From: an uncultured Chlamydiales bacterium
Lineage (GTDB): Bacteria > Chlamydiota > Chlamydiia > Chlamydiales > Rhabdochlamydiaceae
DNA: 64,000 nucleotides
Reading direction: 5' to 3'
NCBI GenBank assembly: GCA_963700985.1
Contig: OY969554.1
Coordinates: forward strand, 576,001-640,000
Below are positions 20,153-29,818 of the stretch, one piece after another. Made by a program: the position numbers and the translations under genes. The notes below the pieces were generated by a model, which worked only from the letters and a program-made list of their open reading frames with translations, made no database searches and was not told the origin of the DNA. Position 1 is the first letter of the stretch; the number at the start of each line of letters is the position of its first letter.

Positions 20153-20836
20153 ATGTTTAAGAAATACTTTGTCACCGGTCTGGTGATTCTACTTCCTCTA
20201 GCCGTGACCATTGCGATCATTGGCTGGGTAATTAATCTGCTGACAAGACCTTTTGTCTCGCTCCTGTCAGAATTTTTTGTGCATCTAAATATCTTCAGCA
20301 ATGGCTTTCTTTTCCTCACGCAAGAACAGATCATTCGATGTGTCAGTCAGCTGCTTATTTTGACGCTACTTCTCTTCTTTACACTTGCACTTGGAATGAT
20401 CACGCGTTGGTTCTTTTTTACAAGCCTGATCAAATTCAGCGACAGAATTCTACATCGCATTCCCATTGTCAACACAGTGTATAAAACCACTCAAGACATC
20501 ATCAGAACACTCTTTGTCTCGAATAAGAAGACCTTTCAACAGGTCGTGATGGTGGCTTTCCCGCATCCCGGAGTGTTTGTGTTAGGCCTAGTGGCACGCG
20601 AAGCACCAGCCGCCTGCTCTAAAAAACTAGAACATGAGTTGATCTCCGTGTTCATTCCTACCACTCCAAATCCCACAAGCGGATTCTTGCTCTTATATAA
20701 AAAGGAAGATCTGATCTACGTAGATATGCCAACCGAGGATGCGCTTAAATTCATCATTTCCTGTGGCGTCATCGTTCCCCAAGATCGGAATGCCGATCAA
20801 AATGCAAATCCAGATGCTCAACCCCAACCAGACTAA
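20153..20836 (+). CDS. DUF502 membrane protein, copy 1
   Basis: KKYFVTGLVILLP, RIPIVNTVY, VFIPTTPNPTSG. Confidence 0.9.
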   Translation: MFKKYFVTGLVILLPLAVTIAIIGWVINLLTRPFVSLLSEFFVHLNIFSNGFLFLTQEQIIRCVSQLLILTLLLFFTLALGMITRWFFFTSLIKFSDRILHRIPIVNTVYKTTQDIIRTLFVSNKKTFQQVVMVAFPHPGVFVLGLVAREAPAACSKKLEHELISVFIPTTPNPTSGFLLLYKKEDLIYVDMPTEDALKFIISCGVIVPQDRNADQNANPDAQPQPD

Positions 20837-21492
20837 TGCTTAAAAAATATCTTATAGCTGGAATCATCACACTCTTACCCATCACTCTCACCATCATGAT
20901 TGTCGTCTGGCTCTTTAACCTATTTACAACCCCCTTCTTGGGAATCACTGAGAGCTTTGTACTCACATTTAGACAAGAGACCGGCTTCGATCTAAATCAC
21001 CATCACGGCCTGGTTGTTTTTATCAGCAGAGTCTTAGCACTTATTTTTATTTTTCTTCTTACGCTTATTCTAGGTTTTTTTGGACGTAGACTTTTCTTTA
21101 AAACTTTTCTTAACTCAACAAACTATATCTTCTTGCGCCTTCCATTTATTAAAGCTGTCTATCGCATCTCTAAAGAGGTTACGGGAGCAATCTTTACCCA
21201 AAACACCAAGACCTTTCAAAAAACTGTTATCATCCCCTTTCCCCATGCAGAAGCTTATAGCTTGGGTTTTTTTACCGGCCAGGCGCCGCCTGCATGCATG
21301 AAAGCCATCCCTGGCATCGAACAGTCCGTATTTGTCCCCACTTCTCCGCACCCGCTGTCCGGTTATATGCTGCTCTCTCCTAAAAAAAACATTGTAGATG
21401 TGGATATTAGTGTCGAAGATGCGTTTAAATTTCTCCTCTCATGCGGTGCTGTTCATCCAGGAGAAAAAATCGAAGAGACTAAAAACCCTTGA
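20836..21492 (+). CDS. DUF502 membrane protein, copy 2
   Basis: KKYLIAGIITLLP, RLPFIKAVY, VFVPTSPHPLSG. Confidence 0.88.
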   Translation: MLKKYLIAGIITLLPITLTIMIVVWLFNLFTTPFLGITESFVLTFRQETGFDLNHHHGLVVFISRVLALIFIFLLTLILGFFGRRLFFKTFLNSTNYIFLRLPFIKAVYRISKEVTGAIFTQNTKTFQKTVIIPFPHAEAYSLGFFTGQAPPACMKAIPGIEQSVFVPTSPHPLSGYMLLSPKKNIVDVDISVEDAFKFLLSCGAVHPGEKIEETKNP

Positions 21493-21518
21493 TCGTTTAA
21501 AAGCACACTCCTTATAAT
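21489..21518 (+). promoter_or_regulatory. Candidate sigma70-type promoter for the small basic protein genes
   Basis: TTGATC-18 nt-TATAAT upstream of AGGAG SD. Confidence 0.5.
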
Positions 21519-21547
21519 AAAAACCCTTTAGCAATTAGGAGTTCTTC

Positions 21548-21721
21548 ATGGTACGCATTAGTAAAGTAGGCGAAATTCGCAGCAAATGCCCTAAAAGGCG
21601 CAAGGCCCCCTCACCAAAAACGGGCCCGCTGAAAGATAACCTTCCAAAAGGATTCAAGCCGCATGCTAACGCCGCATCCGGCGATGCAGCAAAAACCTTT
21701 TTTATTCCAAAAATTAAATAA
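21548..21721 (+). CDS. Small basic protein, 57 aa (same position as chlamydial CT421.1; absent from ORF track)
   Basis: SD AGGAG; manual translation MVRISKVGEIRSKCPKRRKAPSPKTGPLKDNLPKGFKPHANAASGDAAKTFFIPKIK. Confidence 0.75.
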   Translation: MVRISKVGEIRSKCPKRRKAPSPKTGPLKDNLPKGFKPHANAASGDAAKTFFIPKIK

Positions 21722-21738
21722 TAAGGACTCCACTTACT

Positions 21739-21900
21739 ATGTCTAGACACCGCAGCTTTGGAAAAGCTAATACAGGCGCCAAAAAACGTAACGTACTAAA
21801 GCGCTTCGAACGAGTCGACGTATTGAAAAAACTCGGCCGCTGGAAAGAAGGCGAAAACAAAAGAGTGACTGGCTTACCTAAGACGCCAATCCTTCCTTAA
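21739..21900 (+). CDS. PVC superphylum small basic signature protein (CT421.2-like, 53 aa; absent from ORF track)
   Basis: Manual translation MSRHRSFGKANTGAKKRNVLKRFERVDVLKKLGRWKEGENKRVTGLPKTPILP; RNVLKRxER and GLPK are characteristic. Confidence 0.92.
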   Translation: MSRHRSFGKANTGAKKRNVLKRFERVDVLKKLGRWKEGENKRVTGLPKTPILP

Positions 21901-21906
21901 GCTCAT

Positions 21907-22374
21907 TTGATCGCCCTTATTCGCAACACTCAACGCACGCTTCCTATTTCTCAGAAATCTGCAAAAGCGTGCGTGCTTTCTCTCTTGAAATTTCTAGATG
22001 TCACCTGCGACGAAATCGCCATTCACTTTGTAAGCAAACGTCAGATTGCCAAGCTCCACGCGATCTATTTTCAGGACCCGACCCCAACTGATACGATCTC
22101 TTTTCCACTCGACAACGAAATATTCCATCCTCACTTAGGGCATCACTTAGGCGAAGTCTTTGTCTGCCCTGCCGTGGCACAGGAGTACGCGAAAGAAAGA
22201 GAGTTAAACTCTTATCTAGAGGCTACGCTCTATTTGGTTCATGGAATTTTGCACCTAATTGGCTATGACGATCTTACCCCTAAGGACAAGCGAAAAATGC
22301 GTCAAAAAGAAAAAGCCTGCATGAAACATCTACAAAAAGAACAAGTAGTCTTGAAAAAACCGCGAAAAAAATAG
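21907..22374 (+). CDS. ybeY: rRNA maturation endoribonuclease YbeY
   Basis: PTDTISFP, LGEVFVC, HGILHLIGYDD. Confidence 0.92.
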   Translation: MIALIRNTQRTLPISQKSAKACVLSLLKFLDVTCDEIAIHFVSKRQIAKLHAIYFQDPTPTDTISFPLDNEIFHPHLGHHLGEVFVCPAVAQEYAKERELNSYLEATLYLVHGILHLIGYDDLTPKDKRKMRQKEKACMKHLQKEQVVLKKPRKK

Positions 22375-22380
22375 TATAAT
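22351..22380 (+). promoter_or_regulatory. Candidate sigma70-type promoter
   Basis: TTGAAA-18 nt-TATAAT, ending 8 nt before ATG 22389. Confidence 0.55.
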
Positions 22381-22388
22381 GCGCGGTC

Positions 22389-23720
22389 ATGGATAATCCC
22401 TTCTTTTTTCTCATTTTTCTCTTTGGAGCAAATCTTCTGGCAGGCGCAAGCACTGCTCTACACAGGCTTGGGCGCAGCTATGTTGAAAAACTCCTAAAAG
22501 AAAAACCTTCGCTAAGATTCATTCGCGGCTACTTTAGATTCTTTTTCAGAGAAAAAACTTGGGAAGGGCTCTTCTTCTCCATCAGCTTTACAAAGCAAGT
22601 TCTCTATCTCTGCTATGCGCTCTCATTCTTTTTCTTTTTACTGCACCATGAACCATTTAGCGATGCAATAGGAGCAGCAGGTAAAGGTTGGGATTTGTTA
22701 TGGATCCTAGCCATGACCGGTATTATTATCGGCACCTCTCTGCTCACCAACTTCCTGATCAGCCTGATCAGTCTTGCTACTCCTAAAAACTTTCTTGTTT
22801 TTGTCACACCAATTGTCACTCTACTACTCTTTCTCCTCTCTCCAATTACAGCTCCGCTTTTTAAAATTCTGGGCATCTTTCTCCCCAAGGCTCCGACACT
22901 TAAAAAGCTTGAGCCAGGCACTGATATGCGCGAGAAGATTTTAGAGGTCCTCCACGACTCAGATCTCGCTGCCTACTTCGATCAGAGCGACCAGAAGCTC
23001 CTCTCATCGGTCGTCTCATTTAAAGAACGTATCGCCCGAGAAGTAATGGTGCCGCGCATCGACATCTTCAGCCTTCCAATTGAAACTACCCTGCAAGAAG
23101 CTACTGAAAGCTTTTTAGCCCAAGGCTACAGCCGTATCCCCGTCTACCGCGAAAGCGTCGATAATATCGTTGGAGTCGTGCTCTTCAAGGACATGCTCAA
23201 ACACTATTTCCATGCTTCAAACGACAAAGAGCGCGAAAAAAAACTTAAGGGCAGCCTTGAAAGCTTTTTAAAGCCCGTGCTCTATACTCCCGAGACAAAA
23301 AAAATCTCGCAGCTCTTCCAGGAGTTCCGTAGCAAGCAGCTCCACCTGGCTATTGTAGTAGATGAATGGGGCGGCACCGAAGGCATCATTACTATTGAAG
23401 ATATCCTTGAAGAACTCGTGGGAGAGATCGCCGATGAGTATGACATCGATGAAGAGGTCATGTTCTCTGTCTTGCCCGGTGGCGGCTGGATTGTAGATGG
23501 CAAAATGAGCATTCTCGATATCGAAGAGGAGCTAGGCATAAAAATCCCTCAAAACCCCGAGTATGACACCATTGGCGGCTTTATCATCCACCGGGCAGGC
23601 ACGATCCCTTCAAAAGGCTGGCGCATTCACCACGACGAGTTTGACCTGGAAGTGCTCTCCTCGGATGAGCGTAGCGTGGACAAAATCCGCATCACCTCCC
23701 TGAACAAAGAAGCCCTCTAA
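22389..23720 (+). CDS. CNNM/CBS/CorC-HlyC (hemolysin-family) membrane protein
   Basis: TM N-terminus, REVMVPR, YSRIPVY, VVDEWGGTEGIITIEDILEELVGEIADEYD, YDTIGG. Confidence 0.92.
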   Translation: MDNPFFFLIFLFGANLLAGASTALHRLGRSYVEKLLKEKPSLRFIRGYFRFFFREKTWEGLFFSISFTKQVLYLCYALSFFFFLLHHEPFSDAIGAAGKGWDLLWILAMTGIIIGTSLLTNFLISLISLATPKNFLVFVTPIVTLLLFLLSPITAPLFKILGIFLPKAPTLKKLEPGTDMREKILEVLHDSDLAAYFDQSDQKLLSSVVSFKERIAREVMVPRIDIFSLPIETTLQEATESFLAQGYSRIPVYRESVDNIVGVVLFKDMLKHYFHASNDKEREKKLKGSLESFLKPVLYTPETKKISQLFQEFRSKQLHLAIVVDEWGGTEGIITIEDILEELVGEIADEYDIDEEVMFSVLPGGGWIVDGKMSILDIEEELGIKIPQNPEYDTIGGFIIHRAGTIPSKGWRIHHDEFDLEVLSSDERSVDKIRITSLNKEAL

Positions 23721-23746
23721 AACACAACAAAATCTTTCCTAATCTT

Positions 23747-23789
23747 ATCCTGCATATCCTGAAACCAAAGGCGATCCTGCAAATCTTGT
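23747..23789. repeat. CAGGAT/ATCCTG repeat, copy 3 (one arm only)
   Basis: ATCCTG-CAT-ATCCTG-insert-ATCCTG-CAA-ATCTTGTAAT. Confidence 0.7.
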
Positions 23790-23877
23790 AATAGACTTCT
23801 TTCGAGACCCCATTTGCAGGCTTGCAAAAGAATCTCTTGTTAGGCACAATCTTCCTCTAATCTAACTGGTAAATATC

Positions 23878-25791
23878 ATGCGACGCTCTATATGTTTATG
23901 CGAACCTGGTGCAGCTCTTGCTGGAGTTACTGGCACCTGGAAATTCTCTTATACAACGGCAGCTCCTCTTCCTAAGGGCTCAAAACTCAGATTCGACCTT
24001 CTAACTAAGGGCCGGCCTATCGACTGGGAAGTTCCGCAAACAGATGCCAAAGTTAAAAAGAACCTCATTTGGGCTGAAATGCCAGGTGGAAAAACTCTGC
24101 CTGCAAAACAGGTTGAACAACCCCAAGCATTCGCACCCGTCTTCGACTTCACTCTGCCTGCCGAAATCAAAGCTGGTGAGACATTTTCTATCTACATCGG
24201 CTCGCCAGATAAACAAAAGCCTGAAAAAGGCAACCGCAGCCAGAGCCATGTGCAAAGAAGACGCCCCTTCCATCTCTTTATCGACCCAAAAGGTAAAGGC
24301 GATTTCCGTGAACCAGAAATCTTCGGCCTAGATGTTCGTGGCAACAAGTTAAAAAACATACGCATCATTGCGCCTTCGATTGTTTCAAAAAATCGAAGAT
24401 TTGACGTGATCGTACGTTTTGAAGATGAATTTGGTAACCTTACAAACAATGCGCCAGAAGGCACACTCATTGAACTTTCATATGAGCAATTAAGAGAAAA
24501 CCTCACCTGGAAACTCTTTGTTCCAGAAACAGGCTTCCTCAACTTGCCTAACCTCTATTTCAATGAGCCCGGCGCTTATAAGATTCAACTGTTGAACACG
24601 CTCACAAAAGAGAAGTTCTACTCTGCACCGATCAAATGTTTTGCTGAAAGCGACCGCAATCTCTATTGGGGCCTGCTACACGGAGAGTCTGAACGTGTAG
24701 ACTCCAGCGAAAACATCGAAGCCTGCTTGCGCCATTTCCGCGATGAACGCGCCCTCCAATTCTTTGCTACCTCACCCTTTGAGAACACTGAAGAGACTTC
24801 AAATGATGTCTGGAAAGCGATCTCTTTGCAAATTGCAGAATTCAATGAAGACACACGCTTCACAGCCTTTTTAGGTTTTCAGTGGTTCAATCAAGCGCCC
24901 GAAGAGGGACTGCGCCACATGATCTATTCTAAAGATAGCCGTCCGCTTCTGCGCAAAAAAGATGCCAAGTCTAATACTTTGAAAAAGATCTACAAAGGGC
25001 ATACCCCTAAAGAATTGCTTTCTATCCCCTCTTTCACGATGGGAAAAGGCATGGAGACAACCTTTGAAGATTTCACACCAGAGTTCGAGCGCGTCGTAGA
25101 GATTTACAACGCTTGGGGCTCATCGGAATGTTTAGCCAAAGAAGGCAATTTAAGGCCCATCGTTAGCAACGGTAAAAAGGGTGTAGCCGAGTCTGAAAAG
25201 GGCTCGATCCGCAAAGCTTTAGCACGCAATATTCGCTTTGGATTTGTTGCCGGAGGCCACGATGACCGTGGAGTTTACGCTAACTTCTTTGAAAACGATC
25301 AAGAACAGTATAGCCCGGGCTTAACTGCCATCTACGCGATTGAACAGACACGCGAAGCACTCTTTCATGCTTTGCATAACCGCGCTTGTTACGCCACCAC
25401 AGGTGAGCGTATGGTCGTGGGTTTCTTCATTGCCGGAGCTGCTATGGGCTCAGAACTTTCGACAAAAGCCAAACCAGGCCTTGTCTACAACCGCCACCTC
25501 ACAGGTTATATTGCTGGTACAGCCCCTCTCAAAGAGGTGTCTATTATCCGCAACGGAGAGGTTTTCCATACTTTCCGTCCAAAAGGTGAAAGTACGCTCG
25601 ATTTTGAACATGATGACACTGAAATCTTAGGAAATGCAGTTCTCCCCTCACCTGATGAGAGACCTCCCTTTGCCTACTATTACGTGCGTGTGGTTCAAGA
25701 AGATGGACACATTGCCTGGAGCTCACCTATCTGGATCGATTATCCAGAGATGACTTCAGCCGCGGTTGCTAAGAAGAGCAAAAAGCGTTAA
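23878..25791 (+). CDS. Conserved chlamydial DUF3604-family protein (CT425-like)
   Basis: MRRSIC N-terminus, WGLLHGES, VVEIYNAWGSSE, FGFVAGG.DDRG, CYATTG, YYYVRV.Q.DG..AWSSPIW. Confidence 0.8.
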   Translation: MRRSICLCEPGAALAGVTGTWKFSYTTAAPLPKGSKLRFDLLTKGRPIDWEVPQTDAKVKKNLIWAEMPGGKTLPAKQVEQPQAFAPVFDFTLPAEIKAGETFSIYIGSPDKQKPEKGNRSQSHVQRRRPFHLFIDPKGKGDFREPEIFGLDVRGNKLKNIRIIAPSIVSKNRRFDVIVRFEDEFGNLTNNAPEGTLIELSYEQLRENLTWKLFVPETGFLNLPNLYFNEPGAYKIQLLNTLTKEKFYSAPIKCFAESDRNLYWGLLHGESERVDSSENIEACLRHFRDERALQFFATSPFENTEETSNDVWKAISLQIAEFNEDTRFTAFLGFQWFNQAPEEGLRHMIYSKDSRPLLRKKDAKSNTLKKIYKGHTPKELLSIPSFTMGKGMETTFEDFTPEFERVVEIYNAWGSSECLAKEGNLRPIVSNGKKGVAESEKGSIRKALARNIRFGFVAGGHDDRGVYANFFENDQEQYSPGLTAIYAIEQTREALFHALHNRACYATTGERMVVGFFIAGAAMGSELSTKAKPGLVYNRHLTGYIAGTAPLKEVSIIRNGEVFHTFRPKGESTLDFEHDDTEILGNAVLPSPDERPPFAYYYVRVVQEDGHIAWSSPIWIDYPEMTSAAVAKKSKKR

Positions 25792-25806
25792 GAAGCATTA
25801 AATTCA

Positions 25807-25837
25807 AAATGAGTAGGATTTTTCATCCTACTCATTT
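25807..25837. terminator. Hairpin between convergent genes (probable bidirectional terminator)
   Basis: Perfect 13-bp stem AAATGAGTAGGAT-TTTTC-ATCCTACTCATTT. Confidence 0.7.
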
Positions 25838-25861
25838 CACCTTAATTTCTTGTTAGATTTT

Positions 25862-26935
25862 CTATACTCGAGGAAGAATGTCGCAAGCTTGTCTGGCATG
25901 CGAATCGCAAATGATATCTTCTATAGAATCTTTGTATGCTTGATCTTTTGTCAATTGTGATTCAGCAAGCCGCGCATTATGAAGGCGGAGCTGGGCCAGC
26001 CTCATAACGACTTCAAAATAGCGCCTGTCCATTTCGTTTTCTACACCCCTTTTAACACCGACGGATAGAGCTCTAAACACCAACTTCAGCTCGTGAACAG
26101 CTTTGGCTCTAGATCCATCCTTGCCATCCTTATCAATTATTTTTTCTTGTGCAATACGACGAAAGCGCGGAATAAGTATGGCATCAGCAGCCTTAGGCGA
26201 AAGCGCGACTGCAGGTGGAGGTATAGCTGAAGCTACAACTGGCGCTGCTTGTACAGCTTCAACTGGTGCTTGTACAGGTGCCGGTACCACGGGCGGAATG
26301 ACTGGCGCGGCTAACCTCGTTACCCACTGATTAAGCGCACGTAAAATGGTAGGATGCGCCGCATTTTTGATCATCACCTGAAGCTTTTCCTCATCAGTTT
26401 GAGGTCTATCTTTAATTTGTAAACCACAGAACGCATCACGGGCTTCACGCCAGGCTCGCGGCTCCAATGCACGTAGCTCCATCTCCCACTCCGCACGATA
26501 CTTTATCCATTCTGGGCTCTGATTAAATAGGAGCTGATTGCCAGTAGGATCAAGGCCTAGCATATTTTCCAGATAATTTACTCGGCTCCATTTGGCATGA
26601 AAGTCTTTGACTTGCTGAACCTGTGCAGGCGTCGGGGGTTGAGGGGGCACATACCGAGGTGGTGGAGCTCTTCGGAATGTAAAGCATGCAGCAATCGATT
26701 TAAACAGCGAGGCGATCTGATTCCAGCAACTAGCTAGCGCTCCCCAGATCAGGTCACCAAAAAGCCGTAATGAGGCCAAGCAGCCGCAATAGCTCTCATT
26801 ACCCGCTTCGGCAGAAGAACAAGACGAGCTAAAATATAGACATACTGAACCGCCTGCAGTTGGAGGAAGAGGAGTTTGTTCTGGCTTAGCTTCTCCGCCA
26901 ACTACTGGAGCTACAATGGGGGGTATTGCCGTCAT
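25862..26935 (-). CDS. Tandem-array paralog 1: Cys-rich leader, one FxxKW unit, unique C-terminal domain
   Basis: GDLIWGALASCWNQI; DFHAKW...EWEMELRAL; SD AAAGGT. Confidence 0.8.
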   Translation of the reverse strand: MTAIPPIVAPVVGGEAKPEQTPLPPTAGGSVCLYFSSSCSSAEAGNESYCGCLASLRLFGDLIWGALASCWNQIASLFKSIAACFTFRRAPPPRYVPPQPPTPAQVQQVKDFHAKWSRVNYLENMLGLDPTGNQLLFNQSPEWIKYRAEWEMELRALEPRAWREARDAFCGLQIKDRPQTDEEKLQVMIKNAAHPTILRALNQWVTRLAAPVIPPVVPAPVQAPVEAVQAAPVVASAIPPPAVALSPKAADAILIPRFRRIAQEKIIDKDGKDGSRAKAVHELKLVFRALSVGVKRGVENEMDRRYFEVVMRLAQLRLHNARLAESQLTKDQAYKDSIEDIICDSHARQACDILPRV

Positions 26936-26997
26936 TATTTACCTTTGAAATTGACATCAATAATTAATAAAAAAATATGCACAACAATTTAACAAAT

Positions 26998-27792
26998 TTA
27001 TAATCCGCGCTCATTCTTCCAAGCTTTGAGAGCATCTTCAATGTAGCTATACTGAAAGCTAATTAGTAGCTGATCAATAATACGCTGGCGTTTTTCTGCA
27101 ACTTCTTCAGCTACTGCTGGCCCATCGTATCTTCTCTCGTAGTACTTTATGATGTAATTACCAACATCGTCCACTTCGAGAAGTGCCTGTACATTCTGTT
27201 GCCAAACATTCTCAGTAGCTTGGTTAACAACAAAGGCACCAGGCTCTCTCGTTGCTAGGAAAGCATTCACTTGAGCAAGGTGCTGCGGTGCCAATAAATC
27301 GCGTATTACTTCTAAGACATCCCAATTTAGCGAACGTTCCAGAGACGCGCGAGCTGTCTCCTCAGGATCATTCGTGTTTTCGAAACGAACAAGAAGGTCA
27401 GCTTTTAGTTTATCCCGATCTAGCTGGGGCAGCGCATTCAAATCTTGATTCCACTCTACTTGCATAGCTACGGTATCTTCTTCAACTTGCTTCCATTTAG
27501 TGTAAAAGGTGCGCAAAGGGTTCAGATCATAAGAAGAGCTGCAGCTGCAGCAGCAGAAAACGTTCATAAAAAAGTGTGTAATCGCAGACCAGCAGCTAGA
27601 TAAAACATGCCAAACAACCTCTCTAATGCAGTTCAGTGAAGCCCAGGATGACGCATCCGCTTCATTATCTAAAATGCGTGAGGCAAAAACACGAGAAAGA
27701 CAAGAGTTGCTAGCTGGCAGACCCTCAGTCGCCTGTTGAGTAGCGATATAGGGAGGAATCCTTTGGTTTACACCATTTTGTACTGCAGCCAT
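26998..27792 (-). CDS. Tandem-array paralog 2 (two units, second degenerate)
   Basis: VLSSCWSAITHFFMNVFCCCSC; FYTKW...EWNQDLNAL. Confidence 0.82.
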   Translation of the reverse strand: MAAVQNGVNQRIPPYIATQQATEGLPASNSCLSRVFASRILDNEADASSWASLNCIREVVWHVLSSCWSAITHFFMNVFCCCSCSSSYDLNPLRTFYTKWKQVEEDTVAMQVEWNQDLNALPQLDRDKLKADLLVRFENTNDPEETARASLERSLNWDVLEVIRDLLAPQHLAQVNAFLATREPGAFVVNQATENVWQQNVQALLEVDDVGNYIIKYYERRYDGPAVAEEVAEKRQRIIDQLLISFQYSYIEDALKAWKNERGL

Positions 27793-27834
27793 AGTTTGCT
27801 ACCTATTTTAATGAATTTTGTTAAAAACACATTA

Positions 27835-27863
27835 ATAATAGCATGCAAACTAATAAATTGCAA
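27835..27863 (-). promoter_or_regulatory. Candidate promoter of paralog 2
   Basis: Minus strand TTGCAA-17 nt-TATTAT with extended -10 TG. Confidence 0.55.
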
Positions 27864-27930
27864 TAACGGTTGAATATGTATTAAATATTTTAATGCTATA
27901 TTAATGAACAGTAATTAGAGAGATAAGGCG

Positions 27931-28767
27931 CTAGAACCTAGCTATATACGTTTTTCTCCAACTATCTATGCATTCCGAAACACCGGCAAAATCAATCGTA
28001 GCCTTCATCAAAAGGCGGCTTACCTGCATCCTTTTGTCATAATCATTGTAATCGACATCCGATATTTTGTTAGACAGAGCCGCATAATCGTTACAAAGAG
28101 AAGAACCGAATAAATATAAATCGAGAAGAGCCTGCACATCGCTTGCCCAAGAAGCCCGCGTTTCATCTGAGCTCGATTGTTCTTGCACACCTTTCCATTT
28201 GGCCAGAAAAGCATCGACTTGCGGAAGATAAGAATGACTTATTAAAACTTCTATTTCAATTAGCACATCCCAATTTGCAGCTTCATGCATCGCGTCCTCT
28301 ACAAACCCCTGGAGATCAGGTTGCTCTGAATGCTCATTACGCATTCCCTCTCTAATTTTAGCGCGCACAGTTTCAGATAAAGCAACCATATCAGAATCCC
28401 ATTCTGCTTTTTGTGCAGCATTAGACAGGCAGTTACCAGCCTCATCTCTGGGCATATTGTCGCTAACGTCATCCCATTTGCGATGAAAGCTAAGCAAGGC
28501 TGTTAAATCTGCAGCTGATGCTGTGCATCCAAAAATGCTCATGATAAAGCTTGTAATCGCAGACCAGCAGCTAGATAGCGCGCTGCAAATCATATCTCCG
28601 AAAGCTTTGAGTGAAACGCAACACCCAGCATCTTCCCCGCCCTCGTTAGTCGAGATGCAAGATGAGAAAACAGTTGAAAGACAACATCCATTGTTTGCTG
28701 AAATCGGATCTGGCTGCTCGTCTGCATTTGCTGAGTGAGTGGCTCTTCCAGTTGGATTGATCGTCAT
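27931..28767 (-). CDS. Tandem-array paralog 3 (two units)
   Basis: FGDMICSALSSCWSAITSF; FHRKW, FLAKW; start set at ATG 28767 by match to paralog 4. Confidence 0.85.
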   Translation of the reverse strand: MTINPTGRATHSANADEQPDPISANNGCCLSTVFSSCISTNEGGEDAGCCVSLKAFGDMICSALSSCWSAITSFIMSIFGCTASAADLTALLSFHRKWDDVSDNMPRDEAGNCLSNAAQKAEWDSDMVALSETVRAKIREGMRNEHSEQPDLQGFVEDAMHEAANWDVLIEIEVLISHSYLPQVDAFLAKWKGVQEQSSSDETRASWASDVQALLDLYLFGSSLCNDYAALSNKISDVDYNDYDKRMQVSRLLMKATIDFAGVSECIDSWRKTYIARF

Positions 28768-28806
28768 ATTTTTCACCCAAAATTTTTATTAGAATTAATT
28801 TCTTTC

Positions 28807-29658
28807 CTATTCTCTTTCAATATAGCTGGATTTCCAACGCTCTAAGCTACCTGAAACTCCTGTATAATCGATTTCCCCTTTCATAAAAGAAATAGAAAGC
28901 TTTTGTCTTTTTTGCAAATCAAGCCACTCAGCATCGATCATTTTATTGCGAACGACGTATGCGTAATCAGCACAAAGATTAGTGCCAAGGGTAGGTAAAT
29001 CGATAAGAGCTTGCAGATCAGTTGCCCATGAAGTCCGTATTTCATCGGAGCTCGATTGTTCTTGCACACCCTTCCATTTAGCTAAAAAAGCATCTACCTG
29101 TGGAAGCTGAGAGAGAGCCCGCAAACAATCCATTTCAAATAGCACGTTCCAATTGGCAACCTCATTCAAGGCTGCTGCTGCTTCAGCTTGTGGATCAACA
29201 TGCCACAGCTCTCCTGGTCTAGAAAACTCCGTATAGATTCCATTTTTAATTTTAGCGCGCACAGTTTCCGATAAAGCAGCCATATCAGAATTCCATTCTG
29301 CTTTTTCCTTCGGCGTGAGTGCGATAGTTACTGCTAAGCGCCATATAGGACGCCATTTAATAAGAAAGCTAGATACAGCTGCTAAATCTTCCGCTGGCAG
29401 TGGTTCGGGTGCTGTGCGCCCAAAAATGCTCATGATAAAGCTTGTAATTGCAGACCAGCAACTCGATAGCGCGCTGCAAACCATATCCCCGAAAGCTTTG
29501 AGTGAAACGCAACACCCAGCATCTTCCCCGCCCTCGTTAGTCGAGATGCAAGATGAGAAAACAGTTGAAAGACAACATCCATTGTTTGCTGGAATCGGAT
29601 CTGGCTGCTCGCCTGCATTTGTTGTGTGAGGAGCTCTTCCAACTTGATTGATTGTCAT
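28807..29658 (-). CDS. Tandem-array paralog 4 (two units; recent duplicate of paralog 3)
   Basis: N-terminal 80 aa almost identical to paralog 3; FLIKW, FLAKW. Confidence 0.85.
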   Translation of the reverse strand: MTINQVGRAPHTTNAGEQPDPIPANNGCCLSTVFSSCISTNEGGEDAGCCVSLKAFGDMVCSALSSCWSAITSFIMSIFGRTAPEPLPAEDLAAVSSFLIKWRPIWRLAVTIALTPKEKAEWNSDMAALSETVRAKIKNGIYTEFSRPGELWHVDPQAEAAAALNEVANWNVLFEMDCLRALSQLPQVDAFLAKWKGVQEQSSSDEIRTSWATDLQALIDLPTLGTNLCADYAYVVRNKMIDAEWLDLQKRQKLSISFMKGEIDYTGVSGSLERWKSSYIERE

Positions 29659-29700
29659 AATTTATTACCTGCGTTAAAGATTTTCATTAAAACTGCATCA

Positions 29701-29730
29701 ATGATAGCACTGAAAAGAAATAAATTTCAA
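29701..29730 (-). promoter_or_regulatory. Candidate promoter of paralog 4
   Basis: Minus strand TTGAAA-18 nt-TATCAT with extended -10 TG. Confidence 0.5.
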
Positions 29731-29818
29731 TATAGAAGTCTGATGTGAATAAATTTTTTATTATGCATTTTTCATTGCAATTTTTTTATAAGAATTACAC
29801 GAAGATAAAGTGATAGGA

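Noticed and set aside
20153-21492. Tandem DUF502 pair as a novel system
   Set aside because: An old duplication of a known family in its usual chlamydial neighbourhood; nothing else supports novelty
27931-29658. Diversity-generating retroelement TR/VR pair
   Set aside because: No reverse transcriptase in the window; differences include indels and do not look adenine-restricted; both copies are full genes
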